NCBI GenBank assembly: GCA_014905635.1
Contig: CM026547.1
Location: 3,224,001-3,288,000, forward strand
Origin: Scenedesmus sp. PABB004
Taxonomy: Eukaryota
Direction: 5' to 3'
DNA: 64,000 nucleotides
The notes below the pieces were generated by a model. It saw only the letters and a program-made list of their open reading frames with translations. It searched no databases and had not been told where the DNA came from. Positions 1-11,200 of this stretch are shown here, in pieces. A program made the position numbers and the translations under genes. Each line of letters opens with the position of its first letter. Position 1 is the stretch's first letter.

Positions 1-126
1 CCGCGCCGCACTCGTTCCCGCCACAGCCCCGCCGTCCGCGACGCCCCGCCCAGCCCAGCCGCCGCCGTCGCGCAGCGCGAGGCCCGCACTCCCCCGGCGC
101 GCCGCTTCCCTCCGCAGCTCGCCGCC

Positions 127-1582
127 ATGGAGGCGCAGACCGGCACGTTCGCCGTGAAGGTGCGCCGCCGCGCCGCACCGCGGTCGCCGCGCGCCGCGCC
201 GGCGGCATCGCTGGCGCATCGGCGAGAGTGGCAGCCCTCCCCGCGCGCCTGCGCGCCGGCGCCCCGCCTACGCGCCCGGCCGGCGACGCGAGCAGCCAGC
301 GCGGCGCCAGCGCGGGCCGCCCGCGCGCGGGCGCGCCGGCGCGGGCGGCGCGGCGCGGCCACACACGCCGCCGCTGCCGGCGGCGGCACGGCCACGCGCG
401 GCTGCGGCCACGCGCCGCCGCGGCGCGGGCCCGGCCCGGGCGCGCGCCGCACGCCGCGGAGCCGTCGCCTGGCAGCGGCGCGCCGCGCCGGCAGCCGCCG
501 TGCGGGGCCCGCGCCGCGCCGCCGCTGCGCGGCCCGCGCGCTGACCCTACCACGCCGCCGCCGCGGCGCAGGTGGGCCTGGCCCAGATGCTCAAGGGCGG
601 CGTCATCATGGACGTGACGACGCCCGAGGAGGCGCGCATCGCGGAGGAGGCGGGCGCGGTCGCGGTCATGGCGCTCGAGCGCGTGCCCGCCGACATCCGC
701 AAGGACGGCGGCGTCGCGCGAATGAGCGACGCGAGCGTGATCAAGGCCATCAAGGAGGCGGTCACCATCCCCGTCATGGCCAAGGCCCGCATCGGGCACT
801 TTGTGGAGGCCCAGATCCTCGAGGCGCTCGACGTCGACTACATCGACGAGAGCGAGGTGCAGAGCGCGGCGCGGCGGCGTTCAGCGCGGGGGGCTGTATC
901 GCGCCCACGCGCCGGCAGCCGGCGCTGCGCCGGCACGGCGCGCGGGGGCCGCCGCGCCGCGCGCTCACCCCTCTCCTCACCGCCCGCTCACCCCGCCGCC
1001 GCGCGCCGCGCGCAGGTGCTGACGCCGGCGGACGAGATCCACCACATCAACAAGCACAACTTCAAGGTGCCCTTTGTCTGCGGCTGCCGCGACCTCGGCG
1101 AGGCGCTGCGCCGCATCGCGGAGGGCGCGGCGATGATCCGCACCAAGGGCGAGGCGGGCACGGGCAACGTCGTCGAGGCGGTGCGCCACGCGCGCGCGGT
1201 CATGGGCGCGATCCGGCAGCTGCAGACGATGGACGACGACGAGCTCTATGTCTACGCCAAGGAGATCCGCGCGCCCGTGGAGCTGCTGCGCCAGACCAAG
1301 ACGCTCGGCCGGCTGCCGGTCGTCAACTTTGCGGCCGGCGGCGTCGCGACGCCCGCCGACGCGGCGCTGATGATGCAGCTGGGCATGGACGGCGTGTTTG
1401 TCGGCAGCGGCATCTTCAAGAGCGGCGACCCCTCCACGCGCGCGCGCGCGATCGTGCAGGCCGTGACGCACTACACCAACGGCAAGGTGCTCGCCGAGGT
1501 ATCGTGCGGCCTCGGCGAGCCCATGGTCGGCATCGACGTGCGGGAGAAGGGCTTTGCCAGCTACGCCAACCGCTCCGAGTGA
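127..1582 (+). CDS. PDX1: Pyridoxal 5'-phosphate synthase subunit (3 exons: 127-159, 572-856, 1016-1582)
   Basis: Hallmark peptides [45 protein letters not shown] and [23 protein letters not shown] introns at 160-571 and 857-1015 restore a continuous protein. Confidence 0.96.
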
Positions 1583-2265
1583 GCGGGCGCGGCGCGGCGC
1601 GACGCGCGGCGAGCGGCGCGGCGCAACGCGGTCGCCCACACGCAGCGGCGGCAGGAGCACGGGGCGGGGCGGCACTGACTCGGGGCAGCAGCGCGGCCGC
1701 GCGGCCGCGTGGCGGCGGGTCCGCGGGCGCGCGGCGCACGCGCGGCTGCGGGGCGGCACACATTGTGCGGGCACGGGGCCGCCGCAGCTGCGGCGCGCGC
1801 TAATGAAACCTCTCATGTGCGTGCCGGGCGCCGGTCCGATCCGAGCAGACGCGCGCCGCTCAGTGCCAGTGCGCCCGCCGGCACCAGCGGCGGTGCAGCG
1901 CGGCCGAACCCTGCCCGTCGCAACTCGTCGCTGCGCGCATCCCCAACTCGTCGCCGCCTCCGCTGCCGCCTGGCTCTCGCACGAGCGCGCTCGCGGCGCC
2001 CAGAGCACCGGCGCGGCGCCTCGGGCCGCGAGGCGGCAGCAGCAGCGGCAGCGGCGCAGCGCGCCCCACGTCGCGAAACGGCAGCCAGTTTGCCTGAGCC
2101 GCGCCCTGCGTACTGCGGCGTGCGTCGCGCGCGCCTCGCGCGGCCGCGGGAGCCGCGCGGCGCGAGCAGCAGCGGCGCGCGCGTTGCCGCTGCTGCCCGA
2201 GCGGCACTGCCGCCCCGCCGCTGCTGCCCAAGCGGCACCGCCGCCCCGCCGCCGCAGCCCCCGAT

Positions 2266-5200
2266 ATGGCCAAGGACAAGAAGGCCCAGCGCCGGCGCCG
2301 CAGCAAGACGAAAGATGAGCTGATCACGGCGCTGAAGGTCGCTGCCAACGGCGTGATGGACATGCTGCTGGCCATGCCGGGCCTCGCCAACGTCGATCGT
2401 GTGGCGATGGAGTCCGCCATCCTCGCGGCTCCCGACTTCAACTGTGCGTGGGGCCTGTGTTGTGTGAGGCCGCGCTGCGTGCGCCGACCGCGCACGCGCT
2501 GCGGCCGCACGCTGCGCCCGCCCCTCACGCCGCCGCGCGGCCGCGACGCTCGCACAACGCAGACTACGAGAAGCTGATGCTTTGGCACATCCACACCGAG
2601 GCCCGCGCCGCGCAGTCGCTGGCCTACGACGCCGCGCGCCAGCAGGCCGCCGAGGACCTGCGCGACCGCGCCGCCGCGCTGCGCGGGCACACGCAGGCGC
2701 GCGCGCGCGCCGCGGGCGTCGCGCCGCGCCCCGCGCGCGTCGTGCCGCCGCCGCCGGCCGACGCGCGCCACCGCCCGCCGTGGCCGTGCGCGCAGTGGCT
2801 GATCAACACGACAGAGTCCATCTGCTCCGATGACACCGCGTGGTCGGACCTCGTCAGCGAGGTGCTCCAGAGCTTGCACGACGCATGCGACGCCGCCGGC
2901 GAGCACGGCCCCGCCTGGCTGCAGTACTCCTGGGACAGCAGCCCGCACTCGGCCGAGGGCTTCAAGGTCCGGCGACGCCAGCCGACCCCGCGGCGCCGGC
3001 AGCCCCGCGCGACGGCCGCCGCGCGCGCCCCTGTCGCGCCGGCGCGCCGCGGGCGCCGCCGACCGCGACCCCGCTCCGGCCCGCAGGCGGCGGCCGCGGC
3101 GCAGCTGGAGCGCGACGGGCTGGCGGTGCGGCGGAAGCGGATGTTCACGGCGACGACGCGCCGCCGCTGGGCGGCGCTGGAGACGCAGGTGCGGGGTGCG
3201 GAGGCGGCCGGGGGAGGGCGGTGGGGTCGGGGCTGGCCTGGCGCCGCGGGCTCGGCGCCGCCAGCCGACGCCCCGCCCCGACCCCGTCGCCGCGCGCGGC
3301 AGATGGACGCGGACGCGGAGGAGGCGGAGGAGCTGGCGGAGGAGGCCGAGGGCGGCGCGCCCGCGCGGCGCGGCCTGCAGCTCGAGCCCGGCTTTGAGGA
3401 GGCCGCGATGTGCGCACCTCCACCCGCCTGCGCGCGTGCAGACGCTGTCGGCTGCGCCCCGCTGCCGCTGCCGCGCGGCCGACCACGCACGCGCGCGCGC
3501 GCGCGCCGCCGCCGCGCCGCAGGGCTGACGCGGAGATGGCCGCCGCCGGCGGGCTGGCGGGCGGCACGGCCTCGGACGAGGACAGCGAGGAGGAGTGGGA
3601 GGGCGACGCGGCAGCCGGCGCGGGCGGCGGCAGCGGCGCCGAGGCGCCGGCGGGCGGCGACGTGATGGAGGCGGCCGCCCTGGCGATGGCGGCCGACGCA
3701 GCGGCGTACCACGCACGCATTGAGAGGACGCAGGCAGTCGCGCGCGCCATTTCCGGCGCCGGCGGCGGCGCCGGCGCGCCCGCGCTGCCGCCCGTGCAGC
3801 AGCGCGGCGCGGGGCAGGGGCTCACGTGGCAGCAGGAGGCGCTCCTGTCGGGGGCCTCGTACGACGCCCTCTTCCCGCCCCTGCCGTCCCAGCCGGGCGG
3901 CGGCGGGCGCGGCGGCGGCGGCGGGCGGGGCGCGGCCGCGGGCGCGGCGGCGCCGTGGCCGCGCTGCAGGCGCAGGAGGCGGCGCGCGAGGCGGAGCGGC
4001 GGCGCCAGGCGGAGGAGCAGCAGCGCGCACGCGACAGCTCGGGCGGCAAGACCACCGCCCCGCCGCCCAACTGGCGCCCCGAGTTTGGGGGGCGCCGCGA
4101 GACCATCTCCGCGGGTGCGCGGCGCGCGGCGCGGGGGCGGCAGGGGCCCGTGGGGGGGGGGGGGGGGGGCACACCCACCACGCCGCTGTGCGCGCGCGCG
4201 CCGGCCCGCCGAGCGCCCGTCCCGCCGCCGCCGCCCGGCGGGCGGTGGCGCCGCCGGCCGCAGAGGACTTTCTGCCAGCGGACGCGCCGGAGCTGAGCGC
4301 GGAGGAGCTGGCGGGGCTGGGCGGTCGCGTGATCACGCGCAACCTGGTGACGCAGGAGGCGGTCGTGGCGCGCGTGTCGCTCGAGTCGGTCGTCTTCCGG
4401 CGCCGCGGCGCGGGTGTGGCGCTGCGCGCGGCGCGGGCAGCGCGGAGCTGGGGAGGGAGGGGGGTTGGCAGGCGCCGGGGCCTGGCTTGAGCGCCGCCGC
4501 CGCGCGCGCGCGCGCAGGCCCGCGCGAGCCGGTCGGGCGGCCCGAGCCCCTTTCTGAGTGCGCTGCGCATCGACCCCGACCTCAGCCCCTATGAGAAGGT
4601 CATGGTCTGCCGCCTCTGGCGCGCGCTCAACCCGCTCGTGCACGCCGACATGCGCGGCGCCATCCTCGGCAACCAGGCGGGCGTGGCCAACCAGAAGCGC
4701 CTGCGGGCGCTGCTCGACAAGGCGCGGGCACGCGCGCGCGCGCGCGCGGCGGCGCGCGGGCGGGCGCGCAGCGCGGAGCGCGGGCGCCCGCCCGCCGCGC
4801 GCGCGCCGGCGCCCGCGCCGCGGCCTCTGACCGGTGCGCCCGCCCGCAGGTGGAGGGCGCGGAGGCCTGGATCAACGGCCACCTCGGGCACGTCATGGCC
4901 GAGGCGCCCAGCGGGCACACGCTCGAGGCGCAGCGCGACGCGGAGCGCCTCCACAAGGCGGCGTCGTTCATGCTCGAGGTGCGCGGCGCGGCGCAGCGAC
5001 GGCACGAGCTCGTGCCGCCGCTCGAGCGGCGCCGCGCGGCGAGCCGCGCGCCACGCGCGCGCCGCGCGGCGCGCACGCAGGTGCTCGAGCGCCACGGCAG
5101 CATCCCGGTGCGCCTGCTGCACATGGAGATGAACCTCGATATTGGCCTGCGCGCGCTCTCCGTGGCGGAGCCCGGCGGCGTGCCCGGCCTGGCGGCGCGC

Positions 5201-5332
5201 ACGATCGCGCAGCTGAGCAGCGACGGCCTCGCGCGCCCCGCGCCGAGCTCGCGCGGCGGCGGCCAGATCCTGCTGAGCGGGCTGGAGCCGCGCGAGCTGC
5301 AGCGCGCCATCGGCTTCACGGCGGCGAGCTGA
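2266..5332 (+). CDS. Multi-exon hypothetical protein, basic N-terminus (possible NLS), no recognised domain
   Basis: A chain of coding-like segments (MAKDKKAQRRRRSKTKDELITALK..., YEKLMLWHIHTE..., WLINTTESICSDD..., LRIDPDLSPYEKVMVCRLW..., VLERHGSIPVRLLHMEMN...AIGFTAAS*) separated by GC-rich introns ending in CAG. The exact structure is uncertain. Confidence 0.6.
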
Positions 5333-5512
5333 GCCCGGCGGTGCGGCGGCGCGGCGGCTGTGCGGGCGGCGTTGCAGGGCGCGAGGGACCGAGTTGCGTG
5401 TACAGCAGCAGCGGCGAGCGTTCCAGCGTGGTGCTGTGGTGGTGGAGCCGCAGGTGCTTGCGCGCGCGCGGGGGCAGGTTGTCGTGCAACCGTCGTCACA
5501 GGCGCGCCGCCC

Positions 5513-7651
5513 TCAGCTGAACCAGTCCACCTTCTTGCGCCGAAAGTCGGCCGACGGCGGCGCGGCCGCCGCCGCCTGGGTCACGCGCTGCATGTACCGT
5601 GCCTCGCTCGCCACGGCCAGGTCGGCAGCGTGCTGCTTCTCCTCCTTGTCCGCCGCCCGCAGGTGCGCGCGCGCCTGCATCTGGCTCTGCAGGCCGAGCG
5701 CCTGCGCCAGCGCCCGCCGGCGCACCTCGGCCTCGTGCGCGCGCCGCTCTTCCGCCTCGCGCGCCTCGTCCTCCCGCAGCTGCAGCAGCTCCAGCCGCTG
5801 CTCCTCCCTGCCCGCCAGCCTGCGAGCGCGCGCCGTCAGGGGGGGGGGAGGGGGGGGGGGGCGGCGGCAGCTCGGCGCCCGCGCCAGGCGCTGCGCCGTG
5901 CAGCGCCGACCGCGCGCTGCGCGCCGCGCCGCGCCGCGCCGCGCCGTGCCGCCGGCGTGCCTGGCGTGCTTTTTGGCGGCGATCTGCTGCTGCCGTATCG
6001 CGTCCACCTCCGCCATGAGCGCGGCGCGCGCCGCGTCGCGCGCCGCCCGCTCGGCGTCCTGCCGCGCCTCCTGCCGCGCCTGCGCCGCCGCGATCGCCGC
6101 CTCGTGCTCGTCCGCCTCGGCTTCGCGCTTGGCCGTCGCCAGCGCCAGCTGATGACCGCCACGCAGGACGCGCAGCGGCGGCAGCGGTCAGCGACGGGCC
6201 GCAGCCGCCAGGCGCAGCGACGGCGCCCCGCGGCTGCTGCGTGCGCAGCAGGTCCCACCCCCCATCCACAAACCTGGTGGCGGTAGTGTGCAACCGCCTC
6301 GCGCTTGGCCTCGCGCGCCTCCGCGTCCGCCGCCTCCTCCGCGGCCTCGCGCGCCAGCGCGTCCTGCAGGATGGCGAGGTCCTGCTCCCTGCGGGGCACG
6401 CGCGCACGCACGCCGGCGGCGCGTCGCGCACGTCGCCGCGCGCCCCGCCTCGCAGCGCCCCGCCGCGGCGGCCCCGCCGCGCACCGCTCCGCGCGCTCGC
6501 GCTCGTCCAGCTGCATCAGCTTCAGCGCGTTGAACGCCTTGACCTCCGCTGCCAGCGCCTGCAGCCGCGCGCGCTCCGCCGCGTCGGCCGCCTCCGCCTC
6601 GGCCTGTGCCGCGATGCGGCCGGGGCGGCGGGCAATCGCGTCAGCAGCCGGCGCCGCGCGCGCCGCCCGGTGCGGCGCCCCGCGCGCTGAGGTGCGGCCC
6701 CGCGCGGGCCCGCGGCGCCCCACCTGCAGGTGCGCGTAGTGCTGCTGCATGCGCGCCACCTCGCGCGCCTCCACCTGCGCCTCGGCCGCCTGGCGGTCGC
6801 GCACCGCCGCGACCTGCGCGTCGAGCGAGCGCTTGACCGCGCCCGCGCCCTCCTGCCGGCGGCGCACGTCGTCCAGGTGCCTGCGTCGGCGCGGCGCGCG
6901 CGCCCGCTGGCTGTGGCCCCGGCCGCGGCGGCGGCGGCGGCGGCGGCGGCCGACCGGGCTGGCCGCGGGGCGCCGCCGGGCCGGCGGGCGCGGCGGGCGC
7001 GCACCGCCGCTCCATGCGCGCCCGCTCCGCCTCGTGCATCGCGTCGTACGCGCGCGCCTCCTCCTGCTCCAGCATGCGCAGCGCCAGCTTCTCCTGGACC
7101 TGCGCCTCGCGCTCCGCGGCGGTGCGGGCCACGAGCTCGCGCGAGTGGCGCTCGCGCAGCGGGTCGCTCGCGCTGCGGAACGCCGCCTCCTGGAGCTGCG
7201 CCGCCAGCGCCGCGCGCTCGGCCTCGCGCCGCGCGGCGAGCTCCCGCGCGCGCCCCGCCATCGCCGCGCGGCGCGCGGCGGGGCTCTCCGCTGCGGCCGC
7301 CAGCTCGTCCCTCAGCGCGCCCTCCTCGGCGTGCAGCTTGGCCGCCAGCGCGTCGCGGCGCGTGGCCAGGTCGGCGGCGCGCTGCGCCGCCAGCGCGTCG
7401 GCGCGCGCCTGCTCCGCGTTGGCGGCGATGCGCCCGTCGGTCCGGGCCTCCCACACCGCCGCCGCGCCGAGCTTGCCGTCCGCCTTGACCGAGCTCTGCA
7501 GCGAGGCCAGGCGGTCCTCGTAGTCCCGGAGCTTGAGGATGCGCGTGTCGGGCGGCGGGCGCACCTGCGGGGCGAGTGGGCGGCTGCTCGCGCCGCGCCG
7601 CGCCGCTGCTGGCGCCGCTGCTCGCTCGCGCCCCCGCACCGGTCGGTGCAT
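5513..7651 (-). CDS. CFAP53: Cilia- and flagella-associated protein 53 (CCDC11/FAP53), TPH coiled-coil
   Basis: Spliced product MHRP|VRPPPDTRILKLRDYEDRL...W EARTD...RRDALAAKLHAEE...FRSASDPLR...FRRKKVDWFS*. This long A/E/R/Q coiled coil has the CFAP53 pattern as I recall it. Confidence 0.72.
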
Positions 7652-7793
7652 GGCGTCTGGGTTGTTGTCGCGCGGCGAGGGCAGCAGCTTGCGGTGGCCG
7701 CTGGCGTGCGAAAGCTGCGGCCGCTGCTCCGCCTGCGGCGCCGCGCGCCTGTGGGCTTGGAAAGAGCGGCTGGCAGGCGGCTAGCTCCTGCTC

Positions 7794-7798
7794 TTACA
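7794..7798 (-). promoter_or_regulatory. TGTAA polyadenylation signal of the PWWP-methyltransferase gene
   Basis: TTACA on the + strand about 400 nt beyond the inferred stop and 143 nt upstream of the CFAP53 ATG. Confidence 0.45.
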
Positions 7799-8204
7799 TG
7801 CCGTGGAGGGCGGGGGATGAGGGCCCTCTTGAAGGCGCGCGACGTCGCAAGACCTCGCGAGGTTTGACCGAAGCCTGCGCGCCCTGCGACACCACGCGCG
7901 CGCATGCGTTGCGGCTCAGACGCCGTGCGACACGACAGCCGTGGCAAGTCCAACGAAGCTATCAACAACGCGCCTGGCGCGGGCAGCTGACAGGCTCATC
8001 TGGGTGCTCCCGGGAGGAAAATCGACTGATCAAGCAAGCGAACAACTCGATCCAGCGCAGCGATTCAGAAGCGTTCAACGGCCAAGCACCGAGCAAGTTT
8101 CTGGCTGCACAGAGACGACTCATCGGCACGCGCCGTGCGGGGGCGAGTGCATCAGACCACAGCCCGGGCGAGGGCGAGAACACACAGCAGGCCCGCCGCG
8201 AGCG

Positions 8205-11200
8205 TCAGCGCGCAAAGCTGCGCGCGCGCACGTCGTCGAGCGTCTGCGCCGCCGCGACCACGAGCTGCTGCGCGTGCGCCTCGTCCGCGGTGAGCGCCTC
8301 CAGCGCAGCGCGCAGCTGCGCCTCGTGCTGCCGCCGCGCCGCGCGGCGCGCGTCGAGCAGGCGCTGGCGCTGCGCCAGCTGCACGGGCGCGGGCGGGCGG
8401 ACGGGGCCGGCGGCTCTCTGGGCGGGCGGCCGAGGGAGCGCAGCCGGCGGCGCGCACGCGCACGCGCACGCGCGCATACGTGCACCCCAGGGCCACCGCC
8501 GCCCCGCACCTGCTTCTCGGCGCGCGCCACGGCCGCCTGCTGCGCGAGCCGACGCGCCGCGGTGACCATGGCCGCGTGGTTGGGCGGCAGCGGCGCGACC
8601 AGCCCCGCCTGCATCGCGGACGGCGCGAGTCCCAGGCCCGCCAGGAACGCGCGGTTCGCCGCCACGCGCGCCTGGCCGGCACGGCGCGGCGCGGCGCAGG
8701 CGGGGCGGGCGGGCGGGCTGGGCGGCAGCGACAGGGCCGGCGGCGTGGCAGGGGCCTGGCAGCAGCGGCCCGGCAGCTCGGCCGGCCGCGGCGCGCGCGG
8801 CCCGGCGAGCCGCGCGGGCCCGCGGGCGCGCACGCGCCGCACCTCGCGCGCGAGCGCCAGGGACGAGAGGTACTCCACCTCCCCGGCCGCGTCCTCGTCG
8901 TCGCTCTTAACGCCGCCGCCGTCCCCGCCGCCGGGCGCGCCCTGGTCGTCCGCGGCGGCGCCGGCGCCCCCCGCCTGGCCCTCGTGCGGCAGGTGCTGCG
9001 GGCGCTGGCGGCGCGCGACGCCGACGTTGCCGACGCAGCTGGGGCGGTGCATCAAGCGCTCCAGCGTGTCCCAGCACACCGCGTCGGCGCTGGGAAAGTG
9101 CAGGTCCGACGCTGCCGGCCCGGCGACGCTGCCGCCGTGCCCCGCCGACGTCCCCTCTGCCTCGCCGTCCTCCGCCTCCTCCGACTCGCCGCCGCCCCTG
9201 TCGTGCCCGCCCGTCAGCGCCGGGCCCCCACCCGCTGCCACGCCGGCGCCGGCCGGCTGGCCGCGCTGGCGCGCCTGGCGCCGTTTCAGCACGCACACGC
9301 GGTGCAACAGCGCGTGCACTGCCTTGCCCAGCTCCGGCTGCTCCAGCAGCACCGCGCGCAGCAGCGGGTCGGGCGTGGCGCGCAGCACGGCGGCCTGGCC
9401 CAGCACGACCGGCGCCGCGCGCAGCAGAACAGAGCGCGGCACTGGCGGCGGCTGCGGCAGCGGCTCGGGCTCGGAGGCAGGCGGCGCCTCCGCCGCGTCG
9501 CCCCAGCCGGCGGTCGCGCCGAGCGCGAGGCCGCGGGGGCCGCACGGCGCTGGCGGTGCTGGCGCGTCGCCCGTCGGCCCGTCAGCCGTGACGCCGTGGG
9601 CGCCCGCCTCCTCGCCGCCTGCGCTGGCGTCGGCGCCCTCGGCTGCCGCCGCCTCCGCGCGCGCGGCCTCGCGCCGCTGGCGCTTGGCCGCCGCGCGCCT
9701 GGCCAGCGCCGAGCCTTTCCTGGCCTTGGGCTTGCTCGGCCTCGCCGGCGCGCGCGGGGCGGCCTCCACGGGCTGGGCGGCGAGGAACGCGGTGCTGGCC
9801 GAGTCGGCGTGCTGGCGACCCCATGCTGGCGCGCCGCTGGCGCCCGCATGCGCCGTGGCGGAGCTCGCCAGCAGGAGCTGCTGCTGCAGCTGCGCCTGGT
9901 GCAGCAGTGCCAGCCGCAGGCGCTGCATGTCCAGCAGCCGCTGCTGCTGCTGCTGGAGCAGGACGCCGCCGGGCGCAAGCGCGAGCCGGCCGCCAGGCAG
10001 CACCTGCAGCTGCACCAGGGCGGCGCCCGGCGTGGCCGCCGCGCCGGCAAGGCCGTACTGCGGGGCCGCGCCCGGCGCCTGCTGCAGCAGGCGCACGGCC
10101 TGGCAGCCAAAGGCGCCCCCCAGGCTGCACGGGCTGGTCGCCGCCTCCACGCCTGTGGGCCCCGCGGCAGCGGTGGCGGTGGAGCGATCGCTGCAGGCCG
10201 TCCCGGAGGGGGTTCCTGCGGGCGCAGGCTTCAGTGACTGCTCTGCTGCCTGCTCTGCCATCTGCTCCGCCGCCTGCTCTGCGGCCGGCATCGCCGCCTG
10301 CTCTGCGGCGGGCATCGCTGCCCGCTCTGCTGCCGGCTCTGCCGCCGGCTCTGCTGCCGGCTCTGCCGACGGCTCTGCTGCCGGCTCTGCTGCCCGCTCT
10401 GCTGCCGGCTCTGCCGCCCGCTCTGCTGCCGGCTCTGCCGCCGGCTCTGCTGCCGGCTCCGCCGCCGGCTCTGCTGCCTGCTCTGCTGCCTGCTCTGCCA
10501 TCTGCTCCGCCGCCTGCTCTGCGGCGGGCATCGCCGCCTGCTCTGCTGCCGGCTCTGCCAGCTGCGCTGCTGCCGCCTCCGCTGCCGGCTCCATCGCTAT
10601 GAGCTGGTCACCTGCTGCCAGCGGCTCCTGCTGCCCCTGCTGCACCTGCGGCTCCTCATGCACCTGCTGCTGCTCCTCCTGCGCCTGCCCCTCCACCTCC
10701 TGCTGACCCCCGCCCTGCTCTGCCTGCCCCTGCTCTGCCTGCCCCTGCTCCTGGTCCGATGCCAGCGTCGGCCCGTGCTGCCCACCGTCATCCCCCGGGG
10801 CGCCTTCGCGCGCCTCCTGCTCCTGTGCCTGCGCGACCAGCTGCTCCCTGCGCTCCCACGCGTCCAGCTGCAGGCCGATCAGCCCCGTCAGCCAGTCGGC
10901 CAGCATGGCCTGCACGCGCGCCGCCATGAGAGACAGGCCAGGCGATGACACCGTGGCGCCGCCGGCGCTCGCGCCCTCCTCGGCGACTGTTCCCTGCGGG
11001 GTCACGTGCTCACAGGGGCCGGCCTGCGGCTCCCCGCTCTCCGCGCTCTTGAGGCGCTTGGGGCGCGCCGGCTCCTCGTCGGCGTCCGCCTCGTGGGTGC
11101 GCACCCACCCCTTGCCCGCGTGCTGCAGCAGCCGCCGCGCTTCGCGGCCGCTCAGCTGGCCGGCCGCAGTCTTGCACAGATACGCGGCCGCCAGGTCCAG

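Noticed and set aside
4150..4170. Poly-G/poly-C runs (also ~5840, 16663, 22813, 31397, 58836)
   Set aside because: These are intronic homopolymers common in such genomes, with lengths unreliable in assembly.
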